Of a stretch of 64,000 bases of DNA, positions 46,304-54,974 are shown piece by piece. The stretch is from positions 32,001 through 96,000 of IMG/VR virus record IMGVR_UViG_3300028197_000003; one strand, written 5' to 3'. The position numbers and the translations under genes are program-made. Under the pieces are notes generated by a model. It did no database searches. It was not told the origin of the DNA and saw nothing but the letters and a program-made list of their open reading frames with translations. How positions within the stretch are numbered: the first letter of the stretch is position 1; the number at the start of each line of letters is the position of its first letter. This stretch comes from a virus.

Positions 46304-47200
46304 ATGAAGTGTCTTGTAACAGGCGGTGCTGGATTCATCGGATCCCATATCGTTTCACGTCTTCTTCGTGATAATCATGAAGTCGTAGTCATTGATAACG
46401 AATCAGCGGAAGCAAACGATGCTTTCAACTGGTACGAGAATGACGTAGAGAACCATATCGAAGACATTCGTGACATCGAAGCATGTCGCCATATCTTCAA
46501 GGGTGTTGAGGTTGTGTTCCATTTGGCAGCACACTCTCGAATCCAATTAGCAATGGAGAATCCTTTTGATTGTGTTACCACAAACGTGGTAGGAACCTGC
46601 AACATGCTTGAACTTGCACGAGAAGTAGGTGTGAGTAGGTTTATCAATTCTTCTACTTCTTCTTCGTATGGTTTGAATAATCAACCACCTTTGATTGAGT
46701 TCATGCCTTCTGATTGTTTGAATCATTATTCAGCAAGTAAGGTATCTGCAGAGAAGTTCTGTTATATGTACTATCGTTTGCATATGTTGCGGACAGTATC
46801 TCTCCGATACTTCAACGTTTACGGTCCTCGTCAACCTTTGAAGGGACCATATGCACCGGTCATTGGTCTGTTCCAAGAACAGAAACGTCGTGGTGAACCT
46901 ATGACCATCGTTGGTGATGGTGAGCAACGTCGTGACTTCACTCACGTCGATGATGTAGTCGAGGCAAACATTTGTGCCATGAATAATTTGATTTCTATTG
47001 AATCAATCAACATTGGTACAGGAACTAATTACTCTATGAATCAAGTTGCTGACATGATTGGCGGTGATAGAGTTTATATCCCAGCACGTAAAGGAGAATC
47101 TAGAGAAACTCTTGCGGATATCTCAAGAGCTAAATCTATGCTAGGATGGGAACCTAAGATTACATTAGAGGATCAACTTACAAATCATGATCAACTTTGA
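46304..47200 (+). CDS. NAD-dependent nucleotide-sugar epimerase/dehydratase (extended SDR)
   Basis: TGGAGFIG; YSASK; LRYFNVYGP; RDFTHVDD. Confidence 0.92.
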   Translation: MKCLVTGGAGFIGSHIVSRLLRDNHEVVVIDNESAEANDAFNWYENDVENHIEDIRDIEACRHIFKGVEVVFHLAAHSRIQLAMENPFDCVTTNVVGTCNMLELAREVGVSRFINSSTSSSYGLNNQPPLIEFMPSDCLNHYSASKVSAEKFCYMYYRLHMLRTVSLRYFNVYGPRQPLKGPYAPVIGLFQEQKRRGEPMTIVGDGEQRRDFTHVDDVVEANICAMNNLISIESINIGTGTNYSMNQVADMIGGDRVYIPARKGESRETLADISRAKSMLGWEPKITLEDQLTNHDQL

Positions 47201-47705
47201 CAATATCAATCTTGAAGAATTTTTTGGTTGCGTTGACGCAACTAATACTCCTCAGATGAAGTCAAATACTTTCAAGACAATTCGTACATGGTTACAAGAA
47301 AATTCATTCGCTAAGTGGAGTAACGGACAAGTAGATTACGTTGGTGATTACATGGATGGTGTGGACTTCAAGTCTGCTGAACATAATTACGAGATGAAAG
47401 GAACTCTCGGTATGTTCAATAAGAATGGCAGCACCAAAAGTGTTGTGTTGAAAAACTTCCGAGGTGATGTCTCATTTGTAGATAAAACCTTTGACTACAT
47501 GCTTTTGGTGGACACTAGGAATATGTCTATCGCAGTCACTGATTGGGAAACTGTTGAGAAACGTACCTATTACACTCCATCTTCCCCTTGTGCCAAGTTC
47601 AAACTAGAACCGGGGGACTATACTATGCTGGCAGAGAACGTCACTCCTTCTACTAAAAACACTACAGCAGACGTTCTCCTCAATAACTTCCAAGACATTC
47701 TTTGA
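47187..47705 (+). CDS. Putative PD-(D/E)xK endonuclease
   Basis: LQE...DGVDF...YEMKG spacing fits the E...D...ExK pattern; abuts dam. Confidence 0.45.
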   Translation: MINFDNINLEEFFGCVDATNTPQMKSNTFKTIRTWLQENSFAKWSNGQVDYVGDYMDGVDFKSAEHNYEMKGTLGMFNKNGSTKSVVLKNFRGDVSFVDKTFDYMLLVDTRNMSIAVTDWETVEKRTYYTPSSPCAKFKLEPGDYTMLAENVTPSTKNTTADVLLNNFQDIL

Positions 47706-48526
47706 TGGCACTCGCCAAAACTCCTCTTCGTTATCCCGGTGGTAAATCCCGTGCAACTACACAGATCTACAATCATCTGCCTCGCCTGTCTGGTTATAGG
47801 GAGTATCGTGAATGTTTCTTGGGTGGAGGATCAATGGCGATCTTCATCACACAAAAATACCCTACCCTCCCCGTCGTCTGTAGTGACCTCTACGAACCCT
47901 TAGTCAACTTTTGGATCCATCTTCGCGACGACGGGGAAAAGATGGCAGAAGATCTTCTAAAACTAAAGCGACAGCACGACAATCATGAGTCTGCTCGTGA
48001 ACTATTCATCGAATCTAAGAGACTACTCAATGACGAATCCAATAATGACTCTTTACTGCGTGCTGTCAGTTTTTATATTATCAATAAGTGTTCTTTTTCT
48101 GGTCTCACCGAGTCGTCCTCCTTCAGCAAACAAGCAAGTGTCTCCAACTTCAGTGAACGGGGCATCATGCGACTGCCAACAACTTCCAAAATAATTCGTA
48201 ATTGGACTATCTTACATCAGTCTTACGAGAAGTTATTGGAAGGAGATGATGCTTTGGTATACCTTGACCCTCCCTATGACATCAAGGACAACTTGTATGG
48301 TAAGAAAGGTGGTATGCATAAAGGATTTGATCATGATAAGTTTGCTCGTGACTGCTGCTGGTCTAGCAACGATTGCATCATTAGTTACAACTCAGATCAA
48401 CTAGTCCAAGAACGATTTGAAAATTGGAAAGCAGCAGAGTTTGATCTTACATACACCATGAGATCAGTCGGTGAGTATATGAAGGATCAAACAAAAAGAA
48501 AAGAGTTGTTACTTATGAACTATTAG
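47705..48526 (+). CDS. dam: DNA adenine methyltransferase (D12 class, Dam-like)
   Basis: LRYPGGKS; FLGGGS; YLDPPY. Confidence 0.92.
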   Translation: MALAKTPLRYPGGKSRATTQIYNHLPRLSGYREYRECFLGGGSMAIFITQKYPTLPVVCSDLYEPLVNFWIHLRDDGEKMAEDLLKLKRQHDNHESARELFIESKRLLNDESNNDSLLRAVSFYIINKCSFSGLTESSSFSKQASVSNFSERGIMRLPTTSKIIRNWTILHQSYEKLLEGDDALVYLDPPYDIKDNLYGKKGGMHKGFDHDKFARDCCWSSNDCIISYNSDQLVQERFENWKAAEFDLTYTMRSVGEYMKDQTKRKELLLMNY

Positions 48527-48548
48527 GAAGGTACCTAGATAGTAATGC

Positions 48549-48860
48549 ATGACTGAACTTATGCTTTCTACAAAATATCGCCTGCGTCTTGAAGGTATCT
48601 GTAGAAAGATTGTACTTGGCGAAGAAGTTCCTTTAGATGACATGATCTGGGCAAACAAGATGTCCAAGGCAAACACCACTGCTAGAACGTGGTTGAATCG
48701 TGCAAGAAGAGAAGTAATGAATCCTGGTGATGGTCTTTACAATGATTTGAATTTGGGATCACCAGATCCATCTGATCACAAAACTGCATTTGGTGATGCT
48801 GATGATATAATGGAGTGGTTCCGCGAAGATCGTAGCGATGATTGGCGACAAAGAGACTAG
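48549..48860 (+). CDS. Hypothetical protein (103 aa)
   Basis: ATG ORF in operon. Confidence 0.7.
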   Translation: MTELMLSTKYRLRLEGICRKIVLGEEVPLDDMIWANKMSKANTTARTWLNRARREVMNPGDGLYNDLNLGSPDPSDHKTAFGDADDIMEWFREDRSDDWRQRD

Positions 48861-49293
48861 TCTCCAAGCATGGTTCAAGAAACTTTCAAAACCTAGTGAG
48901 TTGTTTGGTGGAATGCCACCATGCCCTTTTGCCAAATCTGCCTTTCTAAAAAATAAGGTTGAGGTAATCGACTATGTAGACTTCCCGCAGATTGTGGGAT
49001 ACATGGCACAGGAATGGAATAAAGAGGTAGTTATATTTGTCATGCAGGATCAGAGTGCCGAGTGGGTAACAGATCTAGCAGAAAAATGCAATAGGGTTTA
49101 CCCCGAGTTTTTATTTTTAGAAGAGCATCCTGATCTTGTAGAGGAAGTTGGTGGTATGCTTTTGAACAGTGGACTTGTTCTCCTTCTAGTACAGAAAAGA
49201 AATGAGTTAGAGGAAGCTAGAGATGAATTGAAAAAGACCAATTATTATGATAAGTGGACAAATGAATTGAAGGAAAGAATTTTCAACCGATAG
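48838..49293 (+). CDS. Hypothetical protein with PPCPFA motif
   Basis: 151 aa; FLFLEEHP. Confidence 0.65.
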   Translation: MIGDKETSLQAWFKKLSKPSELFGGMPPCPFAKSAFLKNKVEVIDYVDFPQIVGYMAQEWNKEVVIFVMQDQSAEWVTDLAEKCNRVYPEFLFLEEHPDLVEEVGGMLLNSGLVLLLVQKRNELEEARDELKKTNYYDKWTNELKERIFNR

Positions 49294-49299
49294 ATACTG

Positions 49300-49308
49300 T
49301 GGTATACT
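49300..49308 (+). promoter_or_regulatory. Extended -10 promoter TGGTATACT
   Basis: 20 nt before ORF 49329. Confidence 0.6.
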
Positions 49309-49328
49309 GTTAGCATTCATTGTTTCTG

Positions 49329-49472
49329 ATGGAAAAACCTGCTGACTTGTGGCAAGATATGGCAACCCTCAATGCATTGTATGAGGAGTTATGCTGGGAT
49401 CCTGGAGTAGTTCTAGAATTTATTCCTGACTACGAGAACAACTGTATTATTATTCGCAAACAGAATGCCTGA
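49329..49472 (+). CDS. Small protein (47 aa) with AbrB-like C-terminal half
   Basis: Not in track; MEKPADLWQDMATLNALYEELCWDPGVVLEFIPDYENNCIIIRKQNA. Confidence 0.6.
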   Translation: MEKPADLWQDMATLNALYEELCWDPGVVLEFIPDYENNCIIIRKQNA

Positions 49473-49848
49473 ATTGAAGGATTGGTTGAAGTCAATCAAC
49501 GAGACTAAGACTAATCTTATTGATGAAGATCCACTCCTAGAGTCCAAGTATCTTCCCTATATTATCAATCGATGTTTGTCTGGGCATATTGACTCATTGA
49601 TGTTTGTCAATGAAATGAATATCAATCATTCTCTTGAGTATAAATTACAATACGATTTTTTACTAAATACTCTGAGATCTAAGAAGAGATTTTCTCCTTG
49701 GGTCAGAAAAGATGAGCTAGTGAATCTCCAGATTGTCAAAAAATACTATGGGTATTCTGACGATAAGGCAAAGCAAGTGCTTCCTCTTTTATCTAACGAA
49801 CAGTTAGACATTATTCGACAAAAACTTGAGACCGGAGGGTTGCAATGA
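49465..49848 (+). CDS. gp62: Clamp loader small subunit
   Basis: LKDWLKSIN; YLPYIINRCLS; KRFSPW. Confidence 0.92.
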   Translation: MPELKDWLKSINETKTNLIDEDPLLESKYLPYIINRCLSGHIDSLMFVNEMNINHSLEYKLQYDFLLNTLRSKKRFSPWVRKDELVNLQIVKKYYGYSDDKAKQVLPLLSNEQLDIIRQKLETGGLQ

Positions 49849-50279
49849 ATAGTGGAGAACCAATTTACGAATGGTCCCCTGCAAAAATGATTGAAGTGGT
49901 TCTGCAAGAACCCGACGACTTTCTAAAAGTACGTGAAACACTGACTAGAATCGGTGTTGCTTCCCGTAAAGAAAAGAAACTCTATCAGTCTTGTCATATT
50001 CTGCATAAGCAAGGTAGATATTTTATCGTTCACTTCAAGGAACTGTTTGCTCTGGATGGTAAGAGAGCGAACTTGACCATCAATGATGTGCAACGTCGTA
50101 ATCGTATTGTCAATCTCTTAGTTGATTGGGGATTAGTCTTGATCTCTGAAGAGAACCTTGCAAATATTGCAGAGGTTTCACCACTGAATCAAATCAAAGT
50201 GATTTCTTTCCGTGAAAAAGGTGAGTGGTCATTAGAGACTAAGTACAATATTGGTAAGAAGAAAACCCAAGAAGACTGA
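49845..50279 (+). CDS. regA: Translational repressor RegA
   Basis: DDFLKVRETLTRIG; LYQSCHILHKQGRYFIVHFKELF. Confidence 0.97.
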   Translation: MNSGEPIYEWSPAKMIEVVLQEPDDFLKVRETLTRIGVASRKEKKLYQSCHILHKQGRYFIVHFKELFALDGKRANLTINDVQRRNRIVNLLVDWGLVLISEENLANIAEVSPLNQIKVISFREKGEWSLETKYNIGKKKTQED

Positions 50280-50286
50280 GTTAGGT

Positions 50287-50294
50287 TATAAATA
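50287..50294 (+). promoter_or_regulatory. Late promoter TATAAATA for hsp20
   Basis: Exact consensus. Confidence 0.85.
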
Positions 50295-50351
50295 AGTGTG
50301 GATGCCTTCGGGGTCCACACAAAAAACATCTGCCTTTACAGGAGATCTACT

Positions 50352-50792
50352 ATGTCTAACATCGAGAAATTTCGTGCAGCCGGTCTGCCGGATCTAATTG
50401 ATCGTATCAATAAGAATTCGCTTGGTTGGGATACATCATTCAACCAATTTTGGGAGTCCAACACGGTTGGTAACTATCCTCCCTATAACATTATCCAACT
50501 CAGTAACCACGAAACACGCCTAGAGATTGCACTGGCGGGGTTCAAGAGAGAGGAAGTCAAAGTATACTCTGAGTATGGCAAACTTGTCGTACAAGGTAAT
50601 CATGAAAGTGAGGATCCACGAGAAGCAAAGGTTGAGTATGTGCACCGTGGTCTTGCCAACCGTAGCTTTGAGCGTGCTTGGACGCTTAGTGAGGACGTAA
50701 AAATCGATAGTGTTACTTTTGAAGATGGACTTTTGATCGTAACACTAAAGAAAATTGTTCCTGATCATCATGCCCGAAAGGAGTACCTCTAA
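50352..50792 (+). CDS. hsp20: Small heat-shock protein
   Basis: YPPYNI; EIALAGF; HRGLANRSFER; DGLL; AGGAGA RBS before ATG 50352. Confidence 0.95.
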   Translation: MSNIEKFRAAGLPDLIDRINKNSLGWDTSFNQFWESNTVGNYPPYNIIQLSNHETRLEIALAGFKREEVKVYSEYGKLVVQGNHESEDPREAKVEYVHRGLANRSFERAWTLSEDVKIDSVTFEDGLLIVTLKKIVPDHHARKEYL

Positions 50793-50795
50793 ATA
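50790..50795 (+). promoter_or_regulatory. Late promoter TAAATA
   Basis: Overlaps the hsp20 stop, upstream of the nucleotidyltransferase gene. Confidence 0.65.
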
Positions 50796-50817
50796 CTACG
50801 ATGACAGTCGTAATTTA

Positions 50818-51558
50818 GTGTACAATAGAGTCCTTCATCATATCAAAGCATCAGATCTGCGGGAAACTGCAGGTCTGACTTTGCGTTTTAGGGATGACTT
50901 GAATCCTAAGTTTTGGATTGCGGGTAAACTGAGACCAGAAGTGCGCCGTGCACTGATGAATTTTGCAAAAGCGTTTGCAGATTTTGTTGATCTGGAAGAT
51001 TCTGCAATCCAAGACGTGTTGATGCTTGGTGGTAATGCTGGATACAACTATACTCAGTACAGTGACATTGATGTTCACCTCGTTATCGATCCAAAACTTA
51101 TACCAAAATGTGATCCGGATCTAATCTCGGATTATTTTATGGACAAGAAGACGTTATGGGAACTAACTCATGATGTCAAAGTCTTTGGAGCACCTGTAGA
51201 ACCATACATTGAACGCCCTGGTATTACTAGAAAGGTAAGTCAAGGTGTTTATAGTGTTCTAAAAAACAAGTGGGTGCAGGAACCGCAAAAATTTGATGGT
51301 GATATTGATGAATTTGAACTGACTAAGAAAACAAACAACCTGAAGAACAAGATTGACATCTTGATTCAGACAGAAAAACCTGAAGCACTCAAGTCAATCG
51401 TCAAGAAACTCCGCGCCGCACGTTCATCCTCGCTTGATAAGTATGGTGAGTATGGTTTTGAGAACCTTGTTTTCAAAGAGTTGCGAAACTCTGGGTATAT
51501 TGATAAGATGCGTAAGTCCATGGTACAATTGAAGAACAGAAGATTATCCCTTCCATGA
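50818..51558 (+). CDS. Pol-beta-superfamily nucleotidyltransferase (GTG start inferred)
   Basis: LGGNAGYNYTQYSDIDVH fits the G[G/S]...DxD motif. Confidence 0.7.
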   Translation: MYNRVLHHIKASDLRETAGLTLRFRDDLNPKFWIAGKLRPEVRRALMNFAKAFADFVDLEDSAIQDVLMLGGNAGYNYTQYSDIDVHLVIDPKLIPKCDPDLISDYFMDKKTLWELTHDVKVFGAPVEPYIERPGITRKVSQGVYSVLKNKWVQEPQKFDGDIDEFELTKKTNNLKNKIDILIQTEKPEALKSIVKKLRAARSSSLDKYGEYGFENLVFKELRNSGYIDKMRKSMVQLKNRRLSLP

Positions 51559-51824
51559 TCCAAATTTTAGTATTGAAGAATGATTTGGTCCTAATCTCAC
51601 GAGTAGAGGAGATTGGTACTGAATTGGGGGAACCCGACTGCAAACTCATCAAACCTTATAAGGTTATCTTGCATGAGGGTGGGTGTACCGATGACGTAAC
51701 TTACGAATCGTGGCCAGAGTTTACAGAGCAAAAGGAATTGATGATTCACTCTGATAGTATTCTGACCATAGTTGAACCTAACAAGCATCAACTTGAAAAA
51801 TACCAGCAGGTTACCGCTGAATGA
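51555..51824 (+). CDS. Hypothetical protein (89 aa)
   Basis: ATGA-coupled on both sides; upstream of gp43. Confidence 0.7.
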   Translation: MIQILVLKNDLVLISRVEEIGTELGEPDCKLIKPYKVILHEGGCTDDVTYESWPEFTEQKELMIHSDSILTIVEPNKHQLEKYQQVTAE

Positions 51825-54316
51825 GGTTTTACACTAACGTGCAGATGGTCGGCAACGATTTTCTGGTCCGTGGGTATGAAAACGGTAGTCCTATCAAAAC
51901 TAGAGAGAGCTATCAACCTACATTATTTGTTCCATCACGTAAGAAAACTCATTTCAAAACACTGGACGGCAAGTATGTCCAGAGCATTCAACCAGGTACA
52001 GTTAGGGATTGTCGTGAGTTCTACAAAACTCATGGTGACGTAGAGAACTTCGATATCTACGGTAATAATCGGTACGTATACCAGTACATATCTGATAAGT
52101 ATCCAGAAGACGAGATCAAGTTCGACATCAAAAAGATGAAGGTGGTTACCATCGACATCGAGGTGTCTGCTGAGAAAGGATTTCCTACAGTAGAGAACTG
52201 TGATGAGGAAATGCTTTGCATTACCCTACAGAATTACGCTACGAAGCGTATTCTTACCTTTGGTGTGGGTGCATATAATAATACTGACCCTATGGTCAAG
52301 TATGTGCAGTGTAATGATGAGTATGATTTACTTCAACACTTCATTACATATTGGCAGAGTGAGACTCCTGATGTGGTAACCGGGTGGAACTGTCAATTGT
52401 ACGACATTCCGTACCTATGTAAGCGCATCACACGTGTCTTGGGTCAGAAGATGTGTAAGAAGATGTCTCCATGGGGTCTAGTGACTGCTGAGGAGATGTT
52501 TATTATGCATCGTGAGCGCCTTGTCTATGACATTGCAGGTGTTACAGTCCTTGATTACATGGACTTGTACAAAAAATTTACCTATAAGGCACAAGAAAGT
52601 TATAGATTAGATTACATTGGTGAAGTTGAACTTGGTGAGAAGAAGTTAGATCACTCTGAGTACGATAGTTTCAAGGATTTCTATGCTAACGACTGGCAAA
52701 AGTTTGTCAGGTACAACATCCAAGACGTGAGATTGGTTGACTCCCTTGAGGAGAAGATGAAACTGATCGAACTTGCTATCACTATGGCATATGATGCCAA
52801 GGTGAACTTCACAGACGTGTTCTATCAGGTACGGATGTGGGACATGATCATCTATAACGACCTGAAGAAAAAAGGTATCGTTATTCCACCCAAAGCAGAC
52901 GAAGTAAAGAATGAAAAGTATGCTGGTGCCTATGTAAAAGAACCAAAACCTGGCATTTATGAATGGGTTGTGAGTTTTGACTTGAACTCATTGTATCCAC
53001 ACCTCATCATGCAGTACAATATCTCTCCTGAGACACTGTTAGATGAGAGATACCCCTCTGTCAGCGTCGATAAACTACTGAATAAGGAAGTAGACCTGTC
53101 GGGTCTTGAGGACGTTACTGTGTGCCCTAATGGCGCTATGTTTACCACTAAAACACGTGGGTTCCTGCCCAAATTGATGGACAGGATCTACAGTGAACGG
53201 GTGGTCTTCAAGAAAAAGATGATCCAAGCAAAGAAGGAGTACGAAAAAAATCCTACGAAGGCGTTGGAGAAAGAAATTGCCAGGTGTAACAACATTCAGA
53301 TGGCAAAGAAGATCCAACTAAACTCTGCTTATGGTGCCATTGGCAACAATTACTTCCGGTATTACAAACTAGAGAACGCTGAGGCGATTACTCTGGGGGG
53401 TCAGTTCAGCATCCGTTGGATTGAAAACCGGATGAATCTATATCTAAACAAATTACTCAACACTAAAGACCATGACTACGTCATTGCTTCCGATACTGAC
53501 AGTATCTATTTGTGTCTTGATTTACTTGTCAATAGTGTATTTGATGTACAAAAAGTTTCTAAAGAGAGGATTGTTGACTTCCTCAATGACGCCTGCGAGA
53601 AGCGATTTGAACCATACATATCGAAATGCTACGAGGAACTCTCGACGTATGTGAATGCATACGATCAGAAGATGTTCATGAAGAGAGAAACTATTGCTGA
53701 ACGTGGTATTTGGACTGCCAAGAAGCGATATATCCTCAATGCATGGGATATTGAGGGTGTGAGGTTTGCTGAACCAAAACTCAAGATCATGGGTATCGAA
53801 GCAGTCAAGTCATCTACCCCTGCACCTTGCCGTCAGATGATCAAAGACGCTTTGAAGATCATCATGACTAAAACTGAAGATGATGTAATTGATTACATTG
53901 ATAAGGTGCGTCGTGAGTTCAAAAAAATGGATCCTGCTGCTGTTTCTTTCCCCCGATCATGTAACAATCTGGACAAATATAAGAGTTCACTGTCCATTTA
54001 TGGAAAGGGTACACCTATTCATGTCCGAGGTTCATTGCTTTACAACCATTACTTGAAGAAGCATAAGTTAGACTCTAAATATAATGCTATCAACAACGGC
54101 GACAAGGTAAAGTTCTGCTATTTGACCAAACCCAACCCAACTCAAGAGAATGTGATCTCTTTTGTGGGCGATTTTCCAAAAGAATTGGGTCTAGCAAACT
54201 ATGTTGACTATACGTTGATGTTTGATAAATCATTTGTTGAACCGTTGAAGGCGGTTCTGGATGCTATTGGCTGGTCAGTTGAGAAAACTGCAACGCTGGA
54301 CCTTTTCTTTGTCTGA
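51821..54316 (+). CDS. gp43: Family B DNA polymerase
   Basis: TIDIEV exonuclease motif; SFDLNSLYP; KIQLNSAYG; ASDTDS. Confidence 0.98.
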   Translation: MRFYTNVQMVGNDFLVRGYENGSPIKTRESYQPTLFVPSRKKTHFKTLDGKYVQSIQPGTVRDCREFYKTHGDVENFDIYGNNRYVYQYISDKYPEDEIKFDIKKMKVVTIDIEVSAEKGFPTVENCDEEMLCITLQNYATKRILTFGVGAYNNTDPMVKYVQCNDEYDLLQHFITYWQSETPDVVTGWNCQLYDIPYLCKRITRVLGQKMCKKMSPWGLVTAEEMFIMHRERLVYDIAGVTVLDYMDLYKKFTYKAQESYRLDYIGEVELGEKKLDHSEYDSFKDFYANDWQKFVRYNIQDVRLVDSLEEKMKLIELAITMAYDAKVNFTDVFYQVRMWDMIIYNDLKKKGIVIPPKADEVKNEKYAGAYVKEPKPGIYEWVVSFDLNSLYPHLIMQYNISPETLLDERYPSVSVDKLLNKEVDLSGLEDVTVCPNGAMFTTKTRGFLPKLMDRIYSERVVFKKKMIQAKKEYEKNPTKALEKEIARCNNIQMAKKIQLNSAYGAIGNNYFRYYKLENAEAITLGGQFSIRWIENRMNLYLNKLLNTKDHDYVIASDTDSIYLCLDLLVNSVFDVQKVSKERIVDFLNDACEKRFEPYISKCYEELSTYVNAYDQKMFMKRETIAERGIWTAKKRYILNAWDIEGVRFAEPKLKIMGIEAVKSSTPAPCRQMIKDALKIIMTKTEDDVIDYIDKVRREFKKMDPAAVSFPRSCNNLDKYKSSLSIYGKGTPIHVRGSLLYNHYLKKHKLDSKYNAINNGDKVKFCYLTKPNPTQENVISFVGDFPKELGLANYVDYTLMFDKSFVEPLKAVLDAIGWSVEKTATLDLFFV

Positions 54317-54325
54317 TGCTATAAT
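54317..54325 (+). promoter_or_regulatory. Extended -10 promoter TGCTATAAT
   Basis: Perfect TGnTATAAT directly after the gp43 stop. Confidence 0.7.
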
Positions 54326-54344
54326 CAAACTACTCTGAGACTCT

Positions 54345-54515
54345 ATGGAACTTCCTATTACTGATAAAGAACTAGTAACAATCATCAACGCTCTGCGTCT
54401 TGGTGGTGACACTTCTCTTTATCAAAAACTGAATACTATTCACCAAATCCGTAAGGATAATCCTGGTGGTCCGTACAAAAAAATTGCTAGAGAGCAGTTC
54501 GGTTACGTTATCTAA
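54345..54515 (+). CDS. Hypothetical protein (56 aa)
   Basis: Not in track; MELPITDKELVTIINALRLGGDTSLYQKL...; TAATG coupling to next gene. Confidence 0.65.
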   Translation: MELPITDKELVTIINALRLGGDTSLYQKLNTIHQIRKDNPGGPYKKIAREQFGYVI

Positions 54516-54973
54516 TGTTTTTTGAAAAAGTGAGTCTGGTAACAGGCGGGTTTGACCCTATTCATAGTGGTCATTTGCATTATTTTGACTGTGCTAAAGA
54601 TTTTTCAGACTACCTGGTGGTAGGTTTGAATGGTGATCCCTGGTTGAAACGTAAGAAAGGTCAGTATTTTCAGTCTTGGACTGAGCGTGCTGACATCGTT
54701 CGCCATTTGGATATGGTTGACGCTGTGGTATCATGGGACGACGCTGATGACAGTGCCTGTGGTGCTATTGCTAAGTCCTTAGAGATTGCAGAGACAGTTG
54801 TCTTCTGTAATGGTGGTGATCGTGGTGCTGATAACACTCCAGAACTCCAACGATATAAAGATGACCCACGTGTTATCTTTGAATGGGGTGTTGGAGGACA
54901 AGAAAAAATGAATAGCAGTTCGTGGATTCTCCACGGATATTTTGAGAGGCAACGCAAACTACTAGGTATTTGA
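54515..54973 (+). CDS. Cytidylyltransferase-like protein (HIGH family, RfaE/TagD-like)
   Basis: TGGFDPIHSGH; FCNGGDR; K.NSSSWIL. Confidence 0.85.
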   Translation: MFFEKVSLVTGGFDPIHSGHLHYFDCAKDFSDYLVVGLNGDPWLKRKKGQYFQSWTERADIVRHLDMVDAVVSWDDADDSACGAIAKSLEIAETVVFCNGGDRGADNTPELQRYKDDPRVIFEWGVGGQEKMNSSSWILHGYFERQRKLLGI

Positions 54974-54974
54974 C

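Noticed and set aside
41160-50351. Longer upstream starts given by the ORF track (e.g. 41160, 42271, 50298; also 9455, 10732, 28673, 34553)
   Set aside because: The extensions run through promoters, hairpins or upstream genes; downstream ATGs match RBSs, signal peptides or paralog starts.
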